DNA of 64,000 bases from Terriglobia bacterium (GTDB taxonomy: Bacteria > Acidobacteriota > Terriglobia > Bryobacterales > Bryobacteraceae): NCBI GenBank assembly GCA_963738555.1, contig CAVTXN010000032.1:25270-89269 (forward strand). The letters run 5' to 3'. Below the pieces are notes generated by a model. That model saw only the letters and a program-made list of their open reading frames with translations, was not told where the DNA came from and searched no databases. Shown here in pieces: positions 18,230-26,547 of the stretch. Numbering within the stretch: the stretch's first letter is position 1; the number at the start of each line of letters is the position of its first letter. The translations under genes and the position numbers were made by a program.

Positions 18230-18844
18230 ATGCTGATTTCGAGACAGCGTCGATTCATCTTTATCCACATTCAAAAGACCGCCGGCTCATCGGTCGTGAA
18301 AGCCTTGCGCCAGGTCACGCCAGATGTGATAACCAGGTTCAACGATCTACCTGCCTGCTGGGATCCTCTCAAGAACCGGCACTTATTTGCATCCGACCTG
18401 AAGCTGTATCTCGGAAACCGCGCGTGGCAAAGATTTTTCAAATTCGCATTCGTGCGCAATCCTTGGTCGCGCCTTGTTTCCTGGTACAACATGTGCATCG
18501 ACCGGCCCAGCAACTCATTCATGAGGTATGTCCAGGCAAACGCACCGGCGTTCGAGGATTTCCTGTCTCTCACCTCTGGTCGAGCCGTCAAAACAACCTT
18601 CAATCAAGTGGATTACATCTGCGATAGAAACGGAAGAATCATCGTAGACTTCGTAGGGCGCTTTGAGAGACTCTCCAGCGATTTTGAATACGTCTGCAAA
18701 CAACTCGCGATCAGCGCTGCTCTGCCGCACAAGAACAAGGGGCCGTCAGTCGATTATCGATCGTTTTACAACCCGCGCACCCGGCAGCTCGTGGCCGAAC
18801 GCTTCCGGCGCGATATTGATACATTTGGCTACACCTTCGATTAA
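18230..18844 (+). CDS. Sulfotransferase (Sulfotransfer_2-like, carbohydrate-type)
   Basis: The N-terminal FIFIHIQKTAGSSV matches the FIHIPKTGG(T/S)S PAPS 5'-phosphosulfate-binding motif. Size is ~200 aa. Confidence 0.7.
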   Translation: MLISRQRRFIFIHIQKTAGSSVVKALRQVTPDVITRFNDLPACWDPLKNRHLFASDLKLYLGNRAWQRFFKFAFVRNPWSRLVSWYNMCIDRPSNSFMRYVQANAPAFEDFLSLTSGRAVKTTFNQVDYICDRNGRIIVDFVGRFERLSSDFEYVCKQLAISAALPHKNKGPSVDYRSFYNPRTRQLVAERFRRDIDTFGYTFD

Positions 18845-18896
18845 TTCCGTGATTGAGTGAACACGAGAAATAAAGCCTTCCGGCCGCGCACGTCCG

Positions 18897-19940
18897 TTAC
18901 ACGTAATCGAAAAATTTGGCCAGCTCTTGCACGTGCGGTGGCAACCGAGTGCCATCGTTGCGCCACGGTACCGGGGATTCAAGCGAGGCCGGTGGATTAC
19001 GTCTGCCACGTAGTCTAGGGTTCCTGAGAAACTTGGGATCACCTCCGTGGCGCGCATTGGGAGGACCGAAACATGCGAATGGCCATCTCTCCGGTCGTTG
19101 CATTTCTTCGAGTGTCATCTCATCCCACCGAAGGCATAGCCAGTCACAAAGCCGCCTGAGTACCTTGCCTGGATCGCTAATCAGGTCCTCGCCCCGAATG
19201 CGAAACCGTTGGCTGTCCGGAACGTGTCTCAAAAATGAAAGCACCTCTGTTTGCCGGATGAACCAGGCTTCGGCGGGATCTGGGACGACTCTGTCGCGGG
19301 CTTCCTCGAACATCCGAAAAAATATCGACTCATCGTCTTTGATCAGATTCTTCACCCGGGCAGCATCGCGCCACGGTGCCCGATCGCGAAAGAATTCTAT
19401 GAGCGACTCCCCGTACCCTATCGGATGACGGACCAGGTGGATGAACCTTGCATTTGGAAATGATTCCAAAATGCGATGCATGTGTTCGGAGCGATAACTC
19501 ACCATGGGCGTCTTTTCCACAAGCGTCAGTGGATAAACAAAAGCAGCCAGCTTCGAGAGCACCACGTGAGTCGCCAAACTTCGCCGCTGCCATAACCAGG
19601 CTTCCGCGCGCTGAACGTTTTGAAACGACTGGCCGCCAAACACGATCTCGGCAACCGACCGCAGCAGGCCATGCGAATGAATGCCGCCGCCGAAATCGTT
19701 CCACCACTCATTGAGAGTGTCACGCACCATCAGCTGCGTCTCCGGAAGACCATACATTTCAGGATGTTGTCCGAGCATCGCGCAAGCCAGGCTACTGAAG
19801 CATCGGCCTGGCGCCAGCAGAAAGACGGGCGTGAGGTAAGGACGTTCCTCGGTCACCACGTTGCAGGGCCGCGTTTGAATGCGTTCGCGAAATTCGCAGG
19901 CGATGCTTTGAATTTGCGAATTGCTGTCCGGCCGCGGCAT
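18897..19940 (-). CDS. Sulfotransferase-family protein with an atypical 5'-PSB motif
   Basis: A 3'-PB-like motif (ARFIHLVRHPIGYGES) and the block RIRGEDLISDPGKVLRRLCDWLCL resemble Sulfotransfer_1/3 proteins. The P-loop position reads APGRCFSS. The start is set at ATG 19940, which overlaps the upstream stop (TAATG). Confidence 0.65.
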   Translation of the reverse strand: MPRPDSNSQIQSIACEFRERIQTRPCNVVTEERPYLTPVFLLAPGRCFSSLACAMLGQHPEMYGLPETQLMVRDTLNEWWNDFGGGIHSHGLLRSVAEIVFGGQSFQNVQRAEAWLWQRRSLATHVVLSKLAAFVYPLTLVEKTPMVSYRSEHMHRILESFPNARFIHLVRHPIGYGESLIEFFRDRAPWRDAARVKNLIKDDESIFFRMFEEARDRVVPDPAEAWFIRQTEVLSFLRHVPDSQRFRIRGEDLISDPGKVLRRLCDWLCLRWDEMTLEEMQRPERWPFACFGPPNARHGGDPKFLRNPRLRGRRNPPASLESPVPWRNDGTRLPPHVQELAKFFDYV

Positions 19941-21304
19941 TACAACACCGTGTGGCCGCTGGCGTTCGCCGGGTGCTGGACGGCACTCGCGATAACACGG
20001 GGGCCGCTTGGTAAAGAATTGAGCCGTTCCAGAAAAGAAGCGTCCGCCCTTGCAAACCACTCCTGGCACACCGTATCGCCGACTATCATCGCCAGCTTTC
20101 TCCGTGTCTCTTCTCCACCGTATATTTCGGCCCTTAAGAACGGGCTCGAGCGCATTCTACCCAGGCGAAGGCGGCTGGCGCGGACAAATTCACCACGGCT
20201 GTCACAAGCATCCCCATCGTCTTCCACGAATTGGTCGGACGGTGCCGGGAGAGGAAAGATTTTGTACGGATAAACGGCTCCGGATCGATACGTTTCCAGT
20301 CGTTGAACTACCTTCGAGACAACACTGCCGGCTCTCTCGCGCGCCAGGATTTCGTGGCCCCGAAAACTATTTACGAATACCAGGCCGGGAACTCGGCCAA
20401 TCGTGTTCGCAAGCCCATACCCGATCTCGTTATCGGTGAGCAGTAAGTCACAGGAAAGCACAAGACGGTTGAAATCGGGCGGCGGAAGATTTTCAAAGTT
20501 GATGATCTTCAGATTGCATGAGCCCGGGGCCAGTCTGTGATGGCTTGAAACAGATACCAGGACCACTCTCCTGCCGGTTTGTCCGAAGTAGTAAGTTAGC
20601 AGCTCGGAGAGGTGTTCGTATAAAGGCACGCGATACTTTTCTGCCAAAACGGATTGCCAGGTAGCGCCCGTACGAACAATGAGGAAATCGCCTTCCGGAT
20701 CGCTGCCGGGAATGAACTTCTCACGCGTCTGCCGGCGTTCTTCGGGATCCAGCCCCAAAGGCAACCTGGTGGTACGGTACGGTATCCCGCAGCGCTCTTC
20801 GATCGGCCCGGGTTCGTTCAGCGGACACGGCAGAATGACTCGCAATCTCTGCAGGAACGCCTGCAGCGCCGGCCGGTCAAAACGCCGGGAACAGATTTTG
20901 CAGTCGCTGATTTCGCGCAACATGGGAACGTGCGCGATGAAATCCATGAAGATAAGTTCGGCTGGAAAAGAGGCGATCCGCCGGATCCATCGGCGGTCGA
21001 TAAGCGGACAACCTGGTATTCTGCTGGGTCTCAGAATTTCATAAAACTCGACAAATACGATTAGATCCGGGCGAAACTTACCACATACCCGCCAGAAAAG
21101 GCTCTGGTTGAATTCGCGGTCGCGCGTTAGCGTGAAAACGCGGCCCGGAAAACTGGAGGATGCCAGCCCCGCTGCCAAAGGTGAAGCGACAAACCATACC
21201 TCGCCCCCGGAATCTGCGATACCACGCGCCAGCGGAATCGCAGCGTTAACTTCTCCGTAGGCTTTTGAGGGTGTGCATACAAAAATCGCGCGCATGGGAA
21301 ACAT
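19940..21304 (-). CDS. Hypothetical protein, GT-B (glycosyltransferase family 1/MGT)-like N-terminus
   Basis: The N-terminus MRAIFVCTPSKAYGEVNAAIPLARGIADSGGEVWFVASP resembles the first Rossmann unit of GT-B enzymes. The rest is unrecognised. Confidence 0.4.
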   Translation of the reverse strand: MFPMRAIFVCTPSKAYGEVNAAIPLARGIADSGGEVWFVASPLAAGLASSSFPGRVFTLTRDREFNQSLFWRVCGKFRPDLIVFVEFYEILRPSRIPGCPLIDRRWIRRIASFPAELIFMDFIAHVPMLREISDCKICSRRFDRPALQAFLQRLRVILPCPLNEPGPIEERCGIPYRTTRLPLGLDPEERRQTREKFIPGSDPEGDFLIVRTGATWQSVLAEKYRVPLYEHLSELLTYYFGQTGRRVVLVSVSSHHRLAPGSCNLKIINFENLPPPDFNRLVLSCDLLLTDNEIGYGLANTIGRVPGLVFVNSFRGHEILARERAGSVVSKVVQRLETYRSGAVYPYKIFPLPAPSDQFVEDDGDACDSRGEFVRASRLRLGRMRSSPFLRAEIYGGEETRRKLAMIVGDTVCQEWFARADASFLERLNSLPSGPRVIASAVQHPANASGHTVL

Positions 21305-21342
21305 CGCGTGAACGCGCAGCCGGCTTCGTCAGAAACGAAGTG

Positions 21343-21519
21343 CTAATCGTAACCGGGCCCGTGTGCCGGCCCGTGCTTCTGCTTGTGCCGCTGCCGGTGC
21401 TTATGCCTGCGTCCGAGCCCCTGTCCGGTCTGGCCTAGAGTCTTGTCGAATTGCCTGAGAGTGCGGCTAAGCTGCTTTCCAAGCCGCTTCAACCGCCGGA
21501 TAGTTCTGTTGAGACTCAT
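21343..21519 (-). CDS. Small basic ORF (58 aa), not in the ORF track
   Basis: Hand translation gives MSLNRTIRRLKRLGKQLSRTLRQFDKTLGQTGQGLGRRHKHRQRHKQKHGPAHGPGYD*. GGAGG lies 6 nt upstream of the ATG. The ORF sits 38 nt upstream of the GT-B-like gene on the same strand. Confidence 0.45.
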   Translation of the reverse strand: MSLNRTIRRLKRLGKQLSRTLRQFDKTLGQTGQGLGRRHKHRQRHKQKHGPAHGPGYD

Positions 21520-21597
21520 AATGCACCTCCGCGCCTCAGATTTGGCAAGTCTATTGTGCCGGAGCGATCGGAACCAATTGGAGTACGGCCGGACAAA

Positions 21598-21966
21598 TCA
21601 TTCGCGGCCATCCTCTTCGCATACTTCGCGTCGCCCCCATCGTTCGAAAGGACCGGGATCGCGGGCACGGCGGTCATCCCGTTCCCTCTTTTCACCCGAT
21701 TGCTGACGGCCACGCAAGTCCTGATTACGGAACCGCCGGTTTGGCAGGTCTCGCAAGAGACGCGATTGCACTCGCGGGCGCCCGGCCATCACCGGCCGGC
21801 GCCGCGGGAATCGGCGGCGCGAACGATCCCGCTCTTCTTCCCGTCCCTCATCCAGGGCCCGCAGTACACCCTCAATGGCACTGGCGAGATTGTCTAATGC
21901 CCCTCTGAATTGTTCTCGGTCTTTTAAAGGCGGAGCACTTTCATCCGGGAGTGTGCGTCTACGCAT
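21598..21966 (-). CDS. Hypothetical highly charged (Arg/Glu/Asp-rich) protein
   Basis: 122-aa ORF, AAGGAC 8 nt upstream. The N-terminal helical segment is KDREQFRGALDNLASAIEGVLRALDEG, followed by a low-complexity R-rich region. Confidence 0.4.
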   Translation of the reverse strand: MRRRTLPDESAPPLKDREQFRGALDNLASAIEGVLRALDEGREEERDRSRRRFPRRRPVMAGRPRVQSRLLRDLPNRRFRNQDLRGRQQSGEKRERDDRRARDPGPFERWGRREVCEEDGRE

Positions 21967-22064
21967 ATAAATGGTCCTTAACAGGCCAGAGGGAATAGCA
22001 GGTTTAGCTTATCTCGGCTAATATAATCTGTCAAGAGGCTGCTGCTCAAAATTTTCGAGGCTGA

Positions 22065-24575
22065 TCAAGAAATTTCTCCGGCTTCGCCCGCATATTCCAG
22101 CGCATTTTCCAATTTCTGTCCGCCTTGCAGCACCGGTGCGAAGAGATCGCCTGTTTTCTGGAACCGCTCAATGCTGTTATCGATGCGGAAATCATGTGGC
22201 TTTAGTCCGTTTTTCACTTCTTTCCAATCGAGCGGCGTAGCAACCGGAGCGCCCGGATAGGCTCTTATGACATACGGCGCCGCGATCGTCTTGCCTGTAC
22301 CGATCTGCAAGTAATCGAAATAGACCCTTCCCTTCTTCCTTTTCTCTACCGAACGCGGCGTGGTGAACAGATTGGGTTCTCGTTCGTTGGCCAAATGCGC
22401 CACGATTTCCGCAAAACTGCGCACCTGGTCGTAGCTGTACCTCGGCTCGAGCGGCACATAAACGTGCATCCCGTCTCCGCCTGTCGTCTTCGGATAGCCC
22501 TTTAGCCCCAAATCCGAGAGAACATCCCGCACCAGCAGAGCGGCTTCCACAATCTGATCGAACGACGTTTCTACCGGATCCAGATCGAGCAGCATCCAGT
22601 CCGGCTTATCCAGGCTGCCTACCCGGCTCATCCAGGGATTTTGATCGATGCAGCCCAGATTGACCAGATAAAGAAGACTGGCCCGATCGTTCGCTAGCGG
22701 ATAGTGATTTACCTTCGTGCCGCTGTGCTCAATGATCTTCTCGCACCGAAGCCACTTCGGAAAATGAGTCGCGTTCTTTTGAAAAAAATATTCTTCAGCA
22801 ATTCCATTGGGATAGCGCTTCATCGAGAGCGGCCGGTCCTTGAGATGTGGTAACAGCCACTCCGCTACCGCATCATAGAAGGCCAGCAAGTCCCTCTTCT
22901 TCCACCCATCTTTCGGAAAATAGAGCTTGTCGAGATTCGTGAACTTCAAAGTGTGGCCGTCGATCTCCGCCGTAACCTCTTTTTTACCGTCCAGATCGAC
23001 CCTTTTTTTAGGGCGGTAAAAACCCTCCTCGCGCTGAACCTCTTCCGGCGCCTTATCCTCGCGAAATCCAATAAACACAGGGGCCCGAAGCAGCCCGTCC
23101 TTGGTCCACTCGGAAAATGAGACCTGGATTATTACCGTTGGACGTACCCAGGTGACGTCCTTGATCCTGGGTTTCGGGGTCAGCGGGCAGGTCTTCGTAA
23201 TCAACGGCTCGAGCCGCTCGTAGATCGCCTTCATCAGCTTGTGATCAAACCCTGTGCCGACCTGGCCCGCGTGCCGCAGCTTCCCGTTTTCATTGACGCC
23301 GAGGACCAAAGAGCCGAAATATTCTCGTTCCCCTTTCGTGAAACCGGCGATCACGAATTCCTGCTCATTTGAAACCTTGATCTTTTGCCAGCGGCCGGAA
23401 CGAGTTCCTTGATAGGAACTGGTGCGGTCCTTCGCGACAATCCCTTCCAGTCCCATTTCACGGGCGACGCGGAACATTTCCTCACCACCCGTTTCGAATG
23501 CTTCCGAAATTTTTATATGTTCATCCGGAACAACCAGGGCATTCAGCAGCTTTTTGCGTTCTTCGAGCGCGACGCCGCAAAGATCGTAACCATCGACATA
23601 CAGAATGTCGAACAGGAAAAGCGTGGCCGGCGAAGTCTCCGCGAGCTGTCTCACGGCGCTCAGGTTAGCGCCTATGCGCGGCTGAATATTCTGGAAGCGG
23701 GCACGGCCATCTTCGCCGAGTACACAGATTTCGCCGTCAAGCCAGGCGGTTTTCGCGTGAACGTGTTTGGGAAGATCCGCCAGCTCCGGATATTGTTTTT
23801 CGCATCTCTTTCCGCGGCGCGACTGAATCTGCAGCTTGCCATTCTCGATAAGACACAGCGCGCGAATCCCGTCCCACTTAATTTCGTAGAGCCAGTTCGA
23901 GCCTTCCGGCGGCTTGTTCACAGCCGTCGCGAGCATCGGCTCGATTGTCGCCGGCAGGGAAGCTTTACGAGCGCCTTTCAAATGGGAGAGTTGCGGCGGA
24001 TCAGTATTTTCGGCGATTTCGTCTTGGGTTCGCTTGGTTGCTACGCTCCATGCAAATTGATCGATATCGTAGCCGGGCACCGCGTACTCATCTTTCTTCT
24101 TGATGAGCAGCCATTCGTTTCCCTTACCGGCGTGCTTCATGTGAACGATGGCGAAAGAGCCTTTGAGCTTGACACCGTGCAGTTCAAACTTGAAGTCGCC
24201 GCGATCCAATTGCTGCTGCGCCGGCATATCGCCCAGCACTTCATACGTTCCTTTGTCCCAAAGCATCACGCTTCCGCCTCCGTAATTGCCCTTCGGGATG
24301 TTGCCCTCAAAGGTTCCGTAGTCGAGCGGATGATCTTCTACTTTCATCGCAAGCGCCTTGCGAGCCGGATCAAGGCTCGGGCCTTTCGGAACCGCCCAAC
24401 TGACCAGAACGCCGCCAACTTCGAGGCGGAAGTCATAATGCAACCGGGTAGCATCGTGCCGTTGCACGCAAAAAAAGCCGCCATTTTCGCCACCGTTGCG
24501 GCTCTTTTTCTCGTTCGGCGGGGGCTCAGGCGTCGCTTCGAAGTTTCTTTTTCGCGCGTATTCCTTAAGGGCCAT
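22065..24575 (-). CDS. ligD: ATP-dependent DNA ligase D (phosphoesterase-ligase-polymerase, NHEJ)
   Basis: PE domain: ATRLHYDFRLE..WAVPKGPS. Ligase adenylation motif: YEIKWDGIR. C-terminal primase-polymerase domain: LLDLDP, TTGGDGMHVYVPL. Confidence 0.9.
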   Translation of the reverse strand: MALKEYARKRNFEATPEPPPNEKKSRNGGENGGFFCVQRHDATRLHYDFRLEVGGVLVSWAVPKGPSLDPARKALAMKVEDHPLDYGTFEGNIPKGNYGGGSVMLWDKGTYEVLGDMPAQQQLDRGDFKFELHGVKLKGSFAIVHMKHAGKGNEWLLIKKKDEYAVPGYDIDQFAWSVATKRTQDEIAENTDPPQLSHLKGARKASLPATIEPMLATAVNKPPEGSNWLYEIKWDGIRALCLIENGKLQIQSRRGKRCEKQYPELADLPKHVHAKTAWLDGEICVLGEDGRARFQNIQPRIGANLSAVRQLAETSPATLFLFDILYVDGYDLCGVALEERKKLLNALVVPDEHIKISEAFETGGEEMFRVAREMGLEGIVAKDRTSSYQGTRSGRWQKIKVSNEQEFVIAGFTKGEREYFGSLVLGVNENGKLRHAGQVGTGFDHKLMKAIYERLEPLITKTCPLTPKPRIKDVTWVRPTVIIQVSFSEWTKDGLLRAPVFIGFREDKAPEEVQREEGFYRPKKRVDLDGKKEVTAEIDGHTLKFTNLDKLYFPKDGWKKRDLLAFYDAVAEWLLPHLKDRPLSMKRYPNGIAEEYFFQKNATHFPKWLRCEKIIEHSGTKVNHYPLANDRASLLYLVNLGCIDQNPWMSRVGSLDKPDWMLLDLDPVETSFDQIVEAALLVRDVLSDLGLKGYPKTTGGDGMHVYVPLEPRYSYDQVRSFAEIVAHLANEREPNLFTTPRSVEKRKKGRVYFDYLQIGTGKTIAAPYVIRAYPGAPVATPLDWKEVKNGLKPHDFRIDNSIERFQKTGDLFAPVLQGGQKLENALEYAGEAGEIS

Positions 24576-24656
24576 TCGCTGTCGTCATTATGCCAATCTC
24601 ACGCAGTGAGGAAAGCTGGAAACTGCTAATCTGAAGGCACGCCTTCCCCCTGTTAG

Positions 24657-26036
24657 ATGAATTTCGCTGAGCAGCTCAAGAATCAGCTGAATATTGTGGA
24701 CGTCGTCCAGCAGTATGTCCCCTTAAAGCGCCAGGGCGCGGGCCAGCGCTGGGTTGGGCTTTGCCCCTTTCATTCGGAAAAGACTCCTTCGTTTGGAGTC
24801 CATAGCGGCCATCAGTACTACAAATGTTTCGGCTGTGATGCGAGCGGGGATGTTTTAAATTTCGTACAGCAGATTGAAAGCCTGACCTTCGCTGAAACGC
24901 TTCGATTGCTTGCAGAACGATACAGCATTCCGATGCCTGAGAGGCAGCGAAGCGATGATCCCGAGGCTCAGCGCTACGCCGCTCTCCTTGAGATCCATGA
25001 AGCAGCCGCCACTCTTTTTCAAGAGAATCTCCGAGGACCATCCGGGGCAGAGGCGCGGGCCTACCTCAATTCTCGGGGAGTGAGCCCTGATTCGACACGA
25101 GAGTTTCGGCTCGGCCTTGCTGATGCATCGGGGCAACAACTCACCCAAAGGCTCAAGAGCTACGGCGAGAATCTGCTGATAGCTTCGGGGCTGGTATCGC
25201 AGCGGCAGGACACATCAGGATTGTATGATCGCTTCCGGGGCCGCCTCATGTTCCCCATCCACAACGCGTCGGGAAAACTAATCGCCTTCGGAGGCAGAGC
25301 ACTTTCTCCGGATGACAAAGTCAAGTACCTGAACTCTCCAGAAACCAGACTTTATACAAAATCGGCAGTACTCTACAATCTGCATCGCGCAAAAATAGCC
25401 GCCCGAAAGAACGACCGCATCATCATGGTCGAAGGATACATGGATGCGATCGGAATTTATTCAGCGGGCGTCCAGGAAGTGGTCGCGTTGTGCGGTACAG
25501 CGCTTGGCCCGAATCAGATTCGGGTGATCAAGAAAGAGACTTCCTATCAGTCAGGACGCGGGCAGGTCGTTTTAAACTTCGATTCCGACAGCGCTGGCGA
25601 CCGGTCTACAGGGAAGTACATACCTCAAATTCTGGCATCGGGGCTGAGCGTCAAAATACTAGATATCCCTGGCGGCCTGGACCCCGATGAATTCATTCAG
25701 CAGAATGGCGCCGCTGCATACCAGCGGCATCTGGAACAGGCTAGGCCCTATTTCGATTGGCTGAGCGATTATGCCAAATCGAAGTTCAATGTGAGAACCG
25801 CGGAAGGCCGAGTGGATGCCTTAAAATTCATTCTGCCCTCGATAGAGCATGTAAGGGATTCAATCGAAAGAGACGCGACAGCGAGTAACGTGGCGGAACG
25901 CCTAAATTTAGACCGCGATATGGTACGGCAAGCGCTACGTTCCAAAACTTCTTCGCAAAGCGCGCCTAGGAATTATGAACTCGCGGCAGTTGTTCCAGCA
26001 AACGAACGATTGTTGATCAGCCTGTATGCTGACTAG
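24657..26036 (+). CDS. dnaG: DNA primase, zinc-finger plus TOPRIM core (frame ends prematurely)
   Basis: Zinc finger CPFHSEKTPSFGV...YYKCFGCDASGD. TOPRIM motifs MVEGYMDAI and NFDSDSAGD. It stops at about residue 459, where primases normally continue. Confidence 0.9.
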   Translation: MNFAEQLKNQLNIVDVVQQYVPLKRQGAGQRWVGLCPFHSEKTPSFGVHSGHQYYKCFGCDASGDVLNFVQQIESLTFAETLRLLAERYSIPMPERQRSDDPEAQRYAALLEIHEAAATLFQENLRGPSGAEARAYLNSRGVSPDSTREFRLGLADASGQQLTQRLKSYGENLLIASGLVSQRQDTSGLYDRFRGRLMFPIHNASGKLIAFGGRALSPDDKVKYLNSPETRLYTKSAVLYNLHRAKIAARKNDRIIMVEGYMDAIGIYSAGVQEVVALCGTALGPNQIRVIKKETSYQSGRGQVVLNFDSDSAGDRSTGKYIPQILASGLSVKILDIPGGLDPDEFIQQNGAAAYQRHLEQARPYFDWLSDYAKSKFNVRTAEGRVDALKFILPSIEHVRDSIERDATASNVAERLNLDRDMVRQALRSKTSSQSAPRNYELAAVVPANERLLISLYAD

Positions 26037-26421
26037 CGCTGAGGCCCGCGCGGTGGTCCGCCACTTCTTCGCCGAGGCCCGAACTTTTGATGCCCTGGAG
26101 CTGGACATGATCTTCAAAGCTATTCTGTCAGCGGATGCCGATGGTAGCGGTTTCTCGCTGGGTGCCGTGCTTGCAAAGCTCGACTCGCGGCCGCAGCGTA
26201 TCCTTTCGGAGATCAGCTTTTCCGAGTGCGGTGTAAGAGAAGAGCAGGCCGTAGAACAGGCTTCGGAGTGCCTCCAGCGTTTGGAAGAGAAATCACTGCA
26301 CCGACAATGCGAGCATTTAAAGAAACTCGTTCGAGAGGCGGAGGCGCAGGGCAATCTGGATGAGGCCTTCCGGGTAATGGGGGAGCTGAACGGTCTGATG
26401 CGCGTGTCCGATAAAGCGTGA
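26026..26421 (+). CDS. dnaG: DnaG C-terminal (helicase-interaction) domain in the +1 frame
   Basis: This 131-aa ORF overlaps the end of the primase ORF by 11 nt. Joining ...ERLLISL to (M)LTSAEARAVV gives a typical primase linker. Combined length is ~590 aa, normal for DnaG. Confidence 0.65.
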   Translation: MLTSAEARAVVRHFFAEARTFDALELDMIFKAILSADADGSGFSLGAVLAKLDSRPQRILSEISFSECGVREEQAVEQASECLQRLEEKSLHRQCEHLKKLVREAEAQGNLDEAFRVMGELNGLMRVSDKA

Positions 26422-26547
26422 ATAGTTGTAAGTTGTAATATGAGGGAGTCAAGGAATCAAACGGGGCGCCTTGGCCGAGATCCGATGAGTTCTGAAACAG
26501 CTTGCTAGCCAGCGAGTTTCTCGTAACGGATTAACAAAAGGCAGTTA

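Noticed and set aside
21383-21897. Plus-strand ORFs of 107 and 148 aa
   Set aside because: They overlap the better-supported minus-strand ORFs, which have SD sequences, and they contain no motif.
23385-24629. 414-aa plus-strand ORF
   Set aside because: It lies entirely antisense to ligD, which has unmistakable PE, ligase and polymerase motifs. The translation is low-complexity with no recognisable motif. It is a shadow ORF typical of GC-rich coding DNA.
24657-26421. Programmed +1 frameshift in dnaG by analogy with prfB
   Set aside because: Not adopted as the primary explanation. I see no in-frame slippery or stop-codon context like CUU-UGA with an upstream SD, and two other genes in the window show the same one-extra-base defect. 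It is kept only as an alternative within the dnaG finding.
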